Shown in pieces: positions 24,496 through 37,084 of a stretch of 39,231 nt of DNA (position 1 is its first letter; every line of letters begins with the position of its first letter). The notes below the pieces were generated by a model. That model saw only the letters and a program-made list of their open reading frames with translations, did no database searches and had not been told where the DNA came from. The translations under genes and the position numbers were made by a program. The stretch comes from Octopus bimaculoides (Eukaryota). The DNA lies in NCBI RefSeq assembly GCF_001194135.2, contig NC_068988.1, positions 60,274,822 through 60,314,052 on the forward strand. Reading direction: 5' to 3'.

Positions 24496-24518
24496 ACACA
24501 CATACATACATACATACA

Positions 24519-24552
<34 letters not shown>

Positions 24553-24640
24553 CATATATACATGCGTGCAGACATATCTATGTATGTATACGTATGTATA
24601 CAAACTCTTTCTCTCTCTCTCCCTCTCTCTTTCTCTCACT

Positions 24641-24705
<65 letters not shown>

Positions 24706-24875
24706 TCTCTCACTGCACACAGGTACACACACACTCACACACACACACACACACACATATTTACATTCCAGCGCTCCTACGCACACGACCACACGCGCAG
24801 AAACACCCACTCACCAAAACAAACATATATGTAGATATATATGTATACACACACACACATATATATATATATATG
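24496..24875. repeat. Compound (CATA)n, (CT)n, (CA)n, (TA)n microsatellite cluster; dozens of similar arrays occur across the window
   Basis: Directly visible. Confidence 0.96.
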
Positions 24876-25610
24876 GTACGTTTGTATTTATGTACTAGTG
24901 TTGAAATTTTAGTAGTAACATAATTTCAGCCGCGAATCGAATAAATCTTGTTCCACACAACTTGAGCGACTTGGATTCCTTTCTCACATAATTTCTCATC
25001 CACCCACGAGGATACCAACGTATGTATACACACACATACATACACACACACACGCATGCACACATCCGTACGGGTACACACACGCACTCACATACACATA
25101 CATACACGCACACACAATTGTATGTAAATACATATATACATACATAAAATACGTTCCAATACGCATATTTATACTTCATCTTTTTTTATTGCATACTTAT
25201 TACCAGAGTGATTTCGAGGAATTGGGTACAACCGTTTATGGTCTGTCTCGCAGAGAACCAATTTCTTAATGCTGTCAAATAAAATCTTATGACAACATAC
25301 TCAACGGATATTGTTTGATAGAAATGATTAAACAAGTTGCAATTTGCACAATGTGTAGATGTGTTAAACATCGGTTGTCGTATCCGTGGTTTCCATTGAA
25401 TGGACATTTGCTAGTGGCTACTTTCTACAAATATACACAAAACCCCTCACATACAACCGTATCTGCTTTTAAGCATGAAGGTATGCATGATAACGCTGAA
25501 ACCTGTTTTAGTTAGATAACACACATTGCATTGTATGTACGAATGTATGTATCTATGTACAGATGTTAATGTATAAGACCTACATATGTATGCATGCATG
25601 CATGTATGTA

Positions 25611-25647
<37 letters not shown>

Positions 25648-25821
25648 TTATTTTACACCTTTTACCAGAAGAGAGAATTTTTCTCCGCGGTAACTACAAT
25701 GAATTTGCCTGTAGAAGATGAAATATGTATATCATGTATATATGTACGTGTGTGCGCGCGCGCGCGATCGTGTGTGTGTGTGCGTGTGTGTGTGTTTGTC
25801 TTTGCATGTAGTATGTATATA

Positions 25822-26310
25822 CAAAGGGGTACCCAAAGGAAACCAGAATTTTGCAACTTTATTATAATTTCTTAGTTTCACATGTTTACACTTTTATTGG
25901 CTTCAAAGTATTCTCCATTTGAAGCAATGCACCTGTCCAAATGCGTTCTCCATTGTCGGAAGCAGTGCTGGAACTCATGTGAAGTGATGCCATTTAACGT
26001 TCACCTCTTCCATATCTGCAAATTCCGTAGGACCAGCTTTTGTCACAAGTGATAATCCTCCCAAATGTCTTTTTAGTTCACGACACACATTCGGTTGTGG
26101 CTGTTTTGCATCTTCCGTGAGTAAACGAGGCAAAACTTTTGCTGCAACACTTTTCGTTCTCAATTCCACACTCAGAATTCGTTTGCAAGAGCTCCAGGAC
26201 ACACCAGTCATATCAACAAGTTCGTCAGTTGATTAATTCATGAATTTTCATGGTGTTTTCATTCGTTCGATTAGTCGACGATCACCCTTGATTAAAGATA
26301 ATTTCAACGT
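25822..26310 (-). mobile_element. Internally deleted mariner remnant
   Basis: GVSWSSCKRILSVELRTKSVAAKVLPRLLTE (WVPR-type linker) joined to C-terminal HEFQHCFRQWRTHLDRCIASNGEYFE; TIR-like CAAAGGGGTACCCAAAGGAAACCAGAAT after TA at 25822. Confidence 0.82.
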
Positions 26311-26772
26311 TTATTTATGTGTGTAGATAGATAAATGAATGATCTAGGGCATATAATTATATGCTGTGAGGAAATAAGATTGATTAATCTTCATCAAAAT
26401 AAAATAATATTGGCTTTCTTTTGACCAAGCAACAGGTGTCCCTCTTTCAGGAAAATATTAATATATTTTATGTTGTACGCTGCTCTCAGAAATATTAAGG
26501 ATTTAAGTGGATGAAAATGAAGTATGAAGAGCACCCAAACGCTTATATAATTGTATATGAGTGTGCCTGTGTGTAAAACCAGACAAAATTACAGATGTTT
26601 ATGTAGATATCTGTATCTTTTACTGTGCATGCTTTTATTAACATAAAAATAAATGTAAAAATAACAATGTTTAATGCAACGACAAATTTATTGAGTTGTG
26701 ATTAGAGTAATACCAGTCGGAGTTTTATGACTAACAAGCGCATACACACACCTATACAAACATTCTTTTCTA

Positions 26773-26803
<31 letters not shown>

Positions 26804-26925
26804 ATGTGTGCGCGTGTGTAGATATGTATATATATATATATATATACATATGTGTGTGTGCAAGTAGTATGTATGCATTTATGCATATATACGTATGTAT
26901 ACAAATAAATGTCTATGTGTATATA

Positions 26926-26970
<45 letters not shown>

Positions 26971-27205
26971 ATGTGTGTGTTTGATTGTGTGTGTGTGTGT
27001 GTGTGTTTGTGTGTTACCGGAGGTGACAGTTTCAAAGAATATTATCCGGCCACTAATTATAAGGAAGTCAAAGCAAGGATGTTGAAATTAAATAAAAAAA
27101 TAAATCTTGCGAACACTCGATTATTGCTTACATTACAAATACATAACGTACATCTGCACACTTAAACACACGTAGACACACACATACATACACACATAAA
27201 TACAC

Positions 27206-27244
<39 letters not shown>

Positions 27245-27859
27245 TACATACATATATGCATACACATATATATACATATCCAGATGCACATACACATATA
27301 TGTATATGCGTATATATATATATATATATATATNNNNNNNNNNNNNNNNNNNNNNNNNNNNNNNNNNNNNNNNNNNNNNNNNNNNNNNNNNNNNNNNNNN
27401 NNNNNNNNNNNNNNNNNNNNNNNNNNNNNNNNNNNNNNNNNNNNNNNNNNNNNNNNNNNNNNNNNNNNNNNNNNNNNNNNNNNNNNNNNNNNNNNNNNNN
27501 NNNNNNNNNNNNNNNNNNNNNNNNNNNNNNNNNNNNNNNNNNNNNNNNNNNNNNNNNNNNNNNNNNNNNNNNNNNNNNNNNNNNNNNNNNNNNNNNNNNN
27601 NNNNNNNNNNNNNNNNNNNNNNNNNNNNNNNNNNNNNNNNNNNNNNNNNNNNNNNNNNNNNNNNNNNNNNNNNNNNNNNNNNNNNNNNNNNNNNNNNNNN
27701 NNNNNNNNNNNNNNNNNNNNNNNNNNNNNNNNNNNNNNNNNNNNNNNNNNNNNNNNNNNNNNNNNNNNNNNNNNNNNNNTTTTGCAATTGTCTAATAAAC
27801 AGACATAGCCTTTCTCAGATGCATCAATAGATTAACTTTGATACTTTTTCACCGTTGTT

Positions 27860-28790
27860 ACAATCCTCTGATTGCTATTGAACTTCAGAAAAGGACGTAA
27901 AGCATCTGAAACTGCGCGGGACATCGACGAAACGTTTGGTGAGGAAATGACCAGTGAGTGGTCAGCTCGAAAATGGTTTAAATTATTTCTCAGTGAAAAT
28001 CTGAGCCTTAAGGATCGTGAGAGTAGTGGACGCCCATCTGTCACCGATGACAGTCAATTAAAGACCGTCATTGAGAAAGAGCAACGTAAATCCACTTGTG
28101 AACTGGCAAAAGAACTTCAGGTTAGCCAGAAAACTGCCTGCACCCATTTGCATGTAATCGGAAAATCAAAAATGCTCGACAAATGGGTGCCACACAGTTT
28201 GAATAAAAATTAGAAAATGCGCAGATATGAATTTTGCTCGTCGGTTCTTCTCTGTAACCAGACCGACCAATTTCTCGACGTATTGTAGCGTGCGATGAAA
28301 AGTGGATTCTGTACAATAATAAAAAATATTCTTCACAGTGGTTGGAACAAAATGAAGCACCGAAGACCTCCCCTAACCACGAGCTCTGCAAAACAGAGAT
28401 TGTGGTGACTGTTTGATGGTGTACTACTGGATTCATCCACTATAACTTTTTAAAACCCAGAAAAACCATTACAGCAGAATCATATTGCCATGAAAATGCC
28501 AAAATGAACGAAAATCTACACTCCTCCGTCCCAGACTGGTCAACAGAAAAGAGCCAATCATTCTTCATGACAATGCTCGATAATACGTTTCACTAATGAC
28601 GCTCCAGAAGTTGAGAGAATATGTTTACGAAGTTCTTTACACCCAGCTTATTCCCCATACCTTTCTCCTACCGACTACCACTCTTTCAATCACCTTGATG
28701 GTTTCCTGCGAAAGAAGGAGATAAAAATCAAACCGATGCTGAAGGTGTGTTGAAAGATTTCATCAGCTACAGAACTGCAGTTACCGTGGA
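27860..28790 (+). mobile_element. Degraded mariner transposase, DD34D (cecropia/Hsmar1-like)
   Basis: FRKGRKASETARDIDETFGE..KWVPHSL..IVACDEKWILYNN..ILHDNAR..HPAYSPYLSPTDYH with stops and frameshifts; 5' end lies in the gap. Confidence 0.9.
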
Positions 28791-28862
28791 GAAAAAAATT
28801 CTCTCTTATGGTAAAAAGGTTTTAAAACACCCCGTTCTTTCAGTGACACCCTCTCTCGGGAA

Positions 28863-29040
28863 TCTAACTATCCTAAATTGTGATTATGATTCTACGTAAA
28901 CACTGCTTAGTGCATTTACTTTGATATTTTTCTCGATCGGGCGATCTACGAGCGCAAATAAGTCAATATGTTGGCTGAAATATATATAAAGCTATAAGCT
29001 TTGTCACTTCGTTCAGGGTCGCCCCTTTGAAGTACATCTG
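28863..29040 (+). promoter_or_regulatory. Distal copy of duplicated core-promoter-like module
   Basis: Aligns with 29213-29382; TATATATAAA at 28981-28990 followed by Inr-like TCACTT. Confidence 0.45.
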
Positions 29041-29212
29041 ATCGACAAGAGTTAACAAACTGGAAACATCAATGTCTCAGATTCCAGAGAGAGTGCGACA
29101 CTTGAACGAACGGGGTGTTCTCACACCTTTTTACCATAAGATAAAATTTTATTTCTCCATGGTAACAGCAGTGTTCTTGCCTTTCGCAGTTGAAATATGT
29201 GACAAACATATT

Positions 29213-29382
29213 TCAACTAACCTAAATTGTGTTTATACGTAAGCACCGCTCAGCGCAATTACTCCGATATTTTTCTCGATCGGGCGATCTACTAACGCAA
29301 ATCAGTCATTGTGTTGGCTGAATTATATATAAAGCTATCAGCTTTGTCAGTTCGTTCAGGGATGCACTCTTCATTTACATCT
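29213..29382 (+). promoter_or_regulatory. Proximal core-promoter-like module (TATA + Inr-like)
   Basis: TATATATAAA at 29324-29333, TCAGTT at 29347-29352, ~160 bp upstream of the ATG at 29507. Confidence 0.5.
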
Positions 29383-29506
29383 GCGTTCCGCGGCTGCTGC
29401 TGCTGCTTCAGTGTGTTTATTCTGGTTTATTGTTATTTCACCATTTGTTGTTTCTGTTATTGTTAATACCTGTCGAAATTGAACTGTGATCGTTGTGCTA
29501 ACGAAA

Positions 29507-29592
29507 ATGTTCGCCCCTACGGTGCAGAAAATTGTGTTTTGCTTAAAATTCATTTGTTGGACTTTCTTCGTTTATTTTTTACACGTTGCAGG
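29507..29592 (+). CDS. Candidate first coding exon of a secreted/membrane protein (signal peptide MFAPTVQKIVFCLKFICWTFFVYFLHVAG)
   Basis: ATG context GAAAATG (A at -3); basic n-region, hydrophobic h-region, V-A-G at -3/-1; ends at GG/GTAAAA donor (phase 2). No homology recognised. Confidence 0.55.
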
Positions 29593-29714
29593 GTAAAATA
29601 TTAATTCTTGTCATTTGTTGACAAAAATTTCATATTTTTCTTCGTAAAATTTTGACAGAAACAATTTTGTACAAAATGGTATTTGATTTACGATCTAAAG
29701 AGGACTTCCCAGGG

Positions 29715-30078
29715 ATGGAAAGGGCAAGTAATAACGAAACAAGTCGAAAAGGTGAAACGGAAGAACCCAGTTATTCGGCAGCTGTAGAAGGAAATTTATA
29801 GAAATGAACGTGACTAAGGAATAACTGTTCAAATTCAAGAACTTAATTAAGAAAAATGGCAATGATACCAAATTATTGCCACCACAAGAAACATTACAGA
29901 GTCTGACAGCAAGAACAGTCATATACAAAATTTGTAACAAAAAGGAGAAAAGAATCATGACAGCGAAAAATGAAATAGTCGAAAAATGTTTGGCACCCAT
30001 TTCGAGTCAAATTACGTACGTATGACGTGGGGTGAGGAGCGTCACAATAGAGGCGCAATTCGAAAATGTAGACATTGC

Positions 30079-30082
<4 letters not shown>
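29715..30082 (+). mobile_element. Probable non-LTR retrotransposon ORF1 N-terminal remnant (L1/Tx1-like)
   Basis: Disrupted frame MERASNNETSRKGETEEPSYSAAV..LQSLTARTVIYKI..VEKCLAPISSQITYV*RG..TIEAQFENVDIAK; SY(A/S)AAV start and RRM-like pattern resemble L1/Tx1 ORF1; truncated by (TA)n. Confidence 0.5.
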
Positions 30083-30117
<35 letters not shown>

Positions 30118-30121
30118 GCAC

Positions 30122-30680
30122 ACGAAGTGTGATCAATAAGTATCCGGTCTGTTTCCATAGTAACGAAGTTAAACCACGAAAAGTGAAACTGTATGTTGCA
30201 CAATAAGTTTTCACGTTCAAGCTCACTTCCGCTCTTTACGGCAGTGCTTGGTAGGAAGATGTGTAGCTTGTGGTCGTTGCATTGACTATGAGAGTAAAGG
30301 TTGTCATGTCAATACTTTTTCAGGGACCTAAGCAAAGTTTCAGAAAGTGTATGGAGAGGAGTGTATGAGCTGCACACAAGTGTACGGGTTGTTCAGACGT
30401 TTTCAAAACGGCCGAAAAATGTCGATATTGACGAACGTTCTGGGAGATCTTCAAACAGCAGAAGTGAGAAAAACATTACAGATGTGCGTGCTACAGTGAG
30501 GGGAAATCGTCGAATCTCCATCCGTAAGTTTTCAGACGATGTACAGATTAGTTACGGTTCAGTTCAATCAATTATCACTGAGCATTAGGGTATGAAACGT
30601 GTGTCTGCCAAGTTTGTGCCAAAACTGCTTTCGGTTGACTCAAACGACACATGGGTTTCAGTTGCAAAAGATCTCCTTCT
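30122..30680 (+). mobile_element. mariner 5' half (TIR + HTH region)
   Basis: TIR-like ACGAAGTGTGATCAATAAGTATCCGG; FQKVYGEECMS..DERSGR..NRRISIR..GMKRVSAKFVPKLLS..SVAKDLL. Confidence 0.87.
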
Positions 30681-31032
30681 AAAAACTTTATGAAAATATT
30701 TGAAAACGATGAAAATTTTTGGGAAACTTTGCCGTAAGTCTCTGAGCAAGTATTACCAAGCCTTTGACAAAATTAGCAGCAGACACTTTGTTCAACTTTC
30801 TTGTCATGGTCAATGAGACCACCACACGCTACACGCACTCTCTCCAAGCACTGGTGTAAAGAGAAGTACGATAGAACGTTAAAACATAGAGTACATACAC
30901 AACAGAGTTTAAGGTCTATCTGTGCCAAGGGGCTTTACTCTCTGTGCTTCAGTTTCGTTACTATACAAACAGTCTGTATATTTATTGATGAGACCATGTA
31001 TATATATACATATATATACATACATACACACA

Positions 31033-31075
<43 letters not shown>

Positions 31076-31273
31076 GTATAAAGCTTATACAATTTGAAGG
31101 AGATATTTAACTGCTATTGGTAAAAAGACAGGCGAAAGCGCACTCTCATGCGAATAGTGATGTAGTTTTGACTTTAAGAGTCCCTCCTAGCATGAGGCAT
31201 TTATGTATAGTAATGCCCTAAATATAAATAAATAAACGTGTGTGTGTGTGTGTGTGTGTGTGTACTATGTATG

Positions 31274-31338
<65 letters not shown>

Positions 31339-31339
31339 G

Positions 31340-31373
<34 letters not shown>

Positions 31374-31476
31374 AGTATATATGTATGTATATATAAGTAT
31401 ATAATATATATATCATTTGTAGAAAATATAAATCAGTGGAAGAAGCACACTCTAAGATGTATAGTAGTTTATATTC

Positions 31477-31657
31477 TAATAGGGAAAACCGGTTTATGAT
31501 ATTAGTCTGGGTTTCCCATCCATATAGGGTCAGCCTTATGGTGTATCGCCAGTCCCCAAGACATGTTCGCCTTTTGCAGTCTAACGATACGCCATAAAGC
31601 TGAAACCTTTATGGACGGGAAGCCCAGGATAATCCCATTAACCGACTTACCCCATTA
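31477..31657. mobile_element. Diverged foldback MITE (~72-bp arms, 36-bp spacer)
   Basis: 31477-31548 and 31585-31657 are imperfect reverse complements (about three quarters identical by eye); ends TAATAGGG..CCCATTA. Confidence 0.75.
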
Positions 31658-31672
31658 GATTATGTATGTATG

Positions 31673-31713
<41 letters not shown>

Positions 31714-31735
31714 GAATCGACTCAAGCTTATAAAT

Positions 31736-31816
31736 GAAGACGCATAAAAGCCTAGGTGCCACGCAGTGGAACTGCCTCTGGAAACATGTGATTGCATAAC
31801 CACATATCCATGCCTG
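31736..31816 (-). mobile_element. CORE-like SINE fragment
   Basis: AGGTGCCACGCAGTGGAACT matches 2294-2320. Confidence 0.65.
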
Positions 31817-32184
31817 TGCACGCAAGACATTATCTCGATATTGTCCATTCAGTTCCCGGTGATCTGGCAAAGGATCGTTTGCTATAGATTCCATCCTCGG
31901 AAAAAAAGAAAAAGAAAAATTATCTTGAAGTCTTGAAGTAACTAAAAATCACGAGTTCGTTCGTTGATTATATTTCCTGTCTATCGTCGTAGGCCTTAAA
32001 TGTATCGAAAATTAATATTTTGCATATTAAATGTGGTTAGCAGCAAGAATCGTCAGTACTCTGAAAATATGCATAGTGCCGTCTCTTCAAGCATTATATT
32101 CTGAATTCAAATTTAACCGATATTCATAATTAAAAACTAGCCTCGTACCAAAATTAGAGAACATATTTCGCAGGTTACCCCACC

Positions 32185-32616
32185 TTGTTGTTGGCACTCT
32201 GTCGGTTACGACGACGAGGATTTCAATTGATCCGATCAACGGAACAGCCTGCTCGTTAAATTAACGTGCAAGTGGCTGAGCACTCCACAGACACGTGTAC
32301 CCCTAACGTAGTTCTCCGGATATTCAGCGTGACACATAGTGTGACAAGGCTGACCCNNNNNNNNNNTCCGGATATTCAGCGTGACACATAGTGTGACAAG
32401 GCTGACCCTTTGAATTACAGGCACAACAGAAACAAAGAATGAGAGAAAGTTGTGGTGAAAAAGTACAGCAGGGTTCGCCACCATCTCCTGCCGGAGCCTA
32501 GTGGAGGTTTAAGGTGTTTTCGCTCAATAAACACTCACAACGCCCGGTCTGGGAATCGAAACAGCGATCCTATGACCGCGACTCCGCTGCCCTAACCACT
32601 GAGCCATTGCGCCTCC
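32185..32616 (-). mobile_element. Full-length tRNA-derived SINE (same family as 15868)
   Basis: Reverse complement of the 15868 copy; B box GTTTCGATTCCC; probable TSD TACCCCACCTT / TACTCCACCTT (32176-32186, 32617-32627). Confidence 0.9.
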
Positions 32617-33352
32617 TACTCCACCTTATCTTCGTCTTTATCATTTACTAGCTAAGAATATTATTTCAGTTTCGGTTTTAATAGTTTCACAGCCTCTTTA
32701 CGAGTCTCTTAGTTAATTTATTTATTTATTCATAAAGAAGATTACATTATAAATTAAACACAAGTTATTGTGATTGTTACAATATGAAGATTTTGGGAAA
32801 TAAACCAATGCAAATAAGAATAAACTTTTATCCAAATAAGTAAACTGCCTTCTGGGATTGAATAATAACTGTAATAGAGACAAAACCTATGATCATAGAA
32901 ATTTAAATCCCTAGAGGTGTAGATATAATTTCTAAGCTAAAATATAGAACTAATATTGTGGTTTAATCTCTTATTCCAATATTTCATCTAGTATGTATGT
33001 TTCATATTGTTGTTTTAATTTTAATAAATTGTTTAAAAGAATGACAAGAATACTCAAGAGATGATGTTTAAAACATCAAGCGTATCAAGTAAATGTCCCT
33101 TTAAAATTGATTAGAAATAAATAATTGGATAAAACTTCCAATGCTCTTCCACCTTCTCCCTCCCTTTCTTTGTCGATACTAAAAGTATGAGTTTGTGGTG
33201 GTGGTGGGGGGGGCATGTATGTGTGCGTGTGTGTGTGCGTCTATAAGTGTGAATATGTATGCGTGTGCTATTGTGAGCGTATATAGTGACATATTTATAT
33301 ATGTGTATGAGTGGATAGATACATGCGTGTATATGTGCCTATACGCATAAGC

Positions 33353-33353
<1 letters not shown>

Positions 33354-33408
<55 letters not shown>

Positions 33409-33434
33409 GTAGATAGATAGATAGGTAGATAGAG

Positions 33435-33499
<65 letters not shown>

Positions 33500-33517
33500 T
33501 AGCTATATATATATATA
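33354..33517. repeat. (GATA)n then (TA)n microsatellite
   Basis: Directly visible. Confidence 0.97.
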
Positions 33518-33520
33518 ATC

Positions 33521-33776
33521 TTTTAACTCTTTCAGTCATTAAACTACGGCCATGCATTGGTTCCGCCTTGAATTTTAGTCGAATGAATTGACCTGCAACA
33601 CCAACACACCAACACCGGTTGTCACGACGGAGTTCTTTCAGTTTTCTTCTACGAAATCCACCCACAAGGCTTTGGTGGGCTCGAGTATACAGTGTCTGAC
33701 ACCTTCCCAAATTTCCATGCAGTGGGACTGAAGACGGAACCGGTTGGGAAGCAAGCCTCTTACTACACAGCCACTC
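33521..33776 (-). mobile_element. CORE-like SINE with the shared ..ATGACTGAA 3' end (degenerate)
   Basis: Head GTGGCTGTGTAGTAAGAGGCTTGCTTCCCAACC on minus; body matches 2211-2358; 3' part matches 16922-16990. Confidence 0.72.
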
Positions 33777-33832
<56 letters not shown>

Positions 33833-34109
33833 NNNNNNNNNNNNNNNNNNNNNNNNNNNNNNNNNNNNNNNNNNNNNNNNNNNNNNNNNNNNNNNNNNNN
33901 NNNNNNNNNNNNNNNNNNNNNNNNNNNNNNNNNNNNNNNNNNNNNNNNNNNNNNNNNNNNNNNNNNNNNNNNNNNNNNNNNNNNNNNNNNNNNNNNNNNN
34001 NNNNNNNNNNNNNNNNNNNNNNNNNNNNNNNNNNNNNNNNNNNNNNNNNNNNNNNNNNNNNNNNNNNNNNNNNNNNNNNNNNNNNNATATATATATATAT
34101 ATATATATA

Positions 34110-34854
34110 ACATCAAAACATATCAAACAGATTATGGCTGAGATATAACAATTTACTCAAATCCTACGGCGTCCTCAAGACGACTCCGGAGAATGGCGCA
34201 TGATTTCCTCACTCTGTCCCTGAGAAGATTTTCGTAAATCAACTTGATCTTGGCCACCAACTCAGCCTTGGTGTTTTAAACAGATCGGTTGGTGTCTTCC
34301 TGAACCGCCTCCCACGCATATTAATCTATGGGATTACAATCGGGGGAATAAGTAATACAGAAACTGAGGCTGGCTAGGTCGTAGAAATTTCGTAGATATG
34401 GAAAGAAGTCTTCCAGCAGGAAACTTCTCCAACCAGAATTTGGCCACAGTCTCCAGCATCTTCACATAGCTGTCTGAACTGAGCCTAATGTTTTTTTCAC
34501 TAATGCATGTAATGCGCACTCAATCGGAGCACTTAGGGTGTCATTTCCTGCTGACCACGGATTCGTAGTCTCCGTTGCAGCTGTCCATGTCACGTCTTAC
34601 ATTATTTGCCGAGTTTACAGAGTATTGAGCAGCATTCATGGCATCGGTATTTGGATACCCGGCGTGAATAATCATGATACAGGTAACTCATTTCCAATAT
34701 TCATATGATTCCCACTCCTCTATTCTAGTTTATGTTTTCTTATTAACAATATCTATCTTTATACTCTCCAAAGCCGTTGAGTTTTCACTCGTACACCAAG
34801 CTGTTCCTGAAGAAAGGAGATATTGATCAACATCAAATTTAGCCCGAAATTTCG
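34110..34854 (-). mobile_element. Internally deleted DD37D element, lineage B
   Basis: Aligns with parts of 23099-24350 (e.g. CTGAACTGAGCCTAATG, GCATTCATGGC); TIR core TTCGGGCTAAATTTGA (reverse complement) next to TA at ~34855. Confidence 0.8.
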
Positions 34855-35464
34855 TATATAAAGTGAATGTATTGAATATTAAAGTATTTTGGAATATATT
34901 TATTTTCAAAAAAGATAATTTGCATAAGGATCAAATGTTTTTGGTATGTTCTATCACTGCTAACTTCGAGCAAAGTGGTAACAACAAAATAATTTCAGTT
35001 ATATTTTTGCTGGAATCTGACGCTAGTATAAACATCACACGTTAAAACCATGACTGCATTTAACCGCCGAGTAATATCTGACGCAACCTCTCCAGTTTGT
35101 GGACACCTTCCTCCAAACAATCTCGAAGAATTTGTAAAGTATTATACGCACTACCTTTACTCCGGATTAAAGATAATGAAAATTACTGATCTTCATTTCA
35201 TTTTATAATAGACTCACATTATTTCATTTGCACATTTTTTCCAATTGTATTATTTCATTTGTTTCCTACGCCCATTTATCTCTCACACACATATTTACTC
35301 ACGCGCACTTAATATAAATTTTACGCATTCACAAAACATATCAACAGACTTACGCAAAATTTTAGCACCTGTTAAGATAATATCATTACTTGCTGATAGG
35401 AAACTTAAGTATGTGTGTGTATGTGCTTGCGTGTGTGTGTATGTGTGTGTACTGACACATATAT

Positions 35465-35503
<39 letters not shown>

Positions 35504-35593
35504 TTAAGAGAGGGGTGAGGAAGCTAGATACACACATGTGTATACATGTACACATGTATTCGTATACAATATTACTATACATGTGTTTTTGTA

Positions 35594-35653
<60 letters not shown>

Positions 35654-36410
35654 CNNNNNNNNNNCGCGCTCACCCGCATCCTCATGCAAGCATGCACACA
35701 TATGTATCGCTATCTTTTTCTTACTATTTTACATTAACAGGGAGTCCAAGTGCGTTCAATTCCTGTAGGTATAATTGATATTTAATAGTTATTATTAATT
35801 ATATTTTGAACACATCCAGTTCTGTACATTCATATAAATTTAATTCCCTTATCTTATATACAATTCCAGTCCTTTCAGTCATCAAGTGCGTAATGTAAAA
35901 TGGAATCTAATAGCTTGATGAAATTTTGCCCTCGTATATATACAAGCCTTTTTCTTATAGTATTCCTGACTTAGTCACCAACTGCATTTCGAAGTAGGGT
36001 AGGGGTTCATTAGTGTTTTGCAGTAATTCATTATACTTGTTTCCTTATGTTTCAGAGTCATCAGAACTTTAAATTTGCAGAGTGAATTTTTATCTATTAT
36101 AGCTGTATTTCATGCTCCTATCAAATCTACGATGATGCGCTTTGGATAAAAGAATATCCAGGAGAGTTAATTAATTATGATTTTATTCAGTATATTCCTC
36201 TCTCAGATTCACGCACTTATTGCAGCGGTCTTTCAGTTTCTATGAACACTGTAAAAGAACTCGGAATATTGGACCTCCAAACAAGCCTTTCGCGATATCT
36301 TTAAAGCCAGGAATTTTTCACCACCCGTTTGTATGTCATGTATGGATCTAAGTGTCAAAAACTAAAGAAGTGAAATAGAGACAGCATTATGTATTCTTCT
36401 TCTACTTAAA

Positions 36411-36585
36411 AGGCGACGAACTGGCAGAACTGTTAGAACGCCGGATAAATTACTTAGTAGCATTTTGTCCGTCGTTACGTTCCGAGTTTAAATTCTGCTG
36501 GGGATGAGTTTGCTTTTCGTCCTCTAGAGGTCGATGACATAAGTAATCGATTTGATCCGTCAAGCATTGTGCCTATAGTAGAAAG
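36411..36585 (+). mobile_element. tRNA-derived SINE (Meta-domain-like family), diverged
   Basis: AGGCGACGAACTGGCAGAACTGTTAGAACGCCGG..GTCCGTCGTTACGTTCCGAGTTTAAATT..GAGGTCGAT matches 14763-14925. Confidence 0.72.
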
Positions 36586-37030
36586 GATTATGTATTCATT
36601 TACTTTGTTGCATAAAAAACAGATGTAAGATAAACTGTTTAACTTACACGAGAGTACAACGGAAAAGAAAATAGCAGAGTGATGATTATTGTAACCATTA
36701 GCATTCTAACAGTTTCCTCGTATATAGACTTACAAGCATTTCCCTTCAGCGAAACCTCTCTGACATATTCATCAGTCCGATCTCTTTAATATGCGCACAC
36801 ACATACGCACTAGCTTGCGGACAGACACTTACCCACAAACATTATTATGCACATACACTAATTTATATTCACTGGCATTCTTCTAAATACGTTCTTCACT
36901 TTGAAGCCATTCACTTCCTACTATACAGGCTTATATATAGAAAACGGAATGTAGAAATACACAAACAGGCATGTTCTTGCTCTTCACATATACGCTTACA
37001 CAAACACAAACGCTCACTAGCACACACACA

Positions 37031-37074
<44 letters not shown>

Positions 37075-37084
37075 TACACATACA

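Noticed and set aside
24930-25019. 90-nt symmetric exon candidate
   Set aside because: The GTATGT donor is the start of a microsatellite and the acceptor tract is poor.
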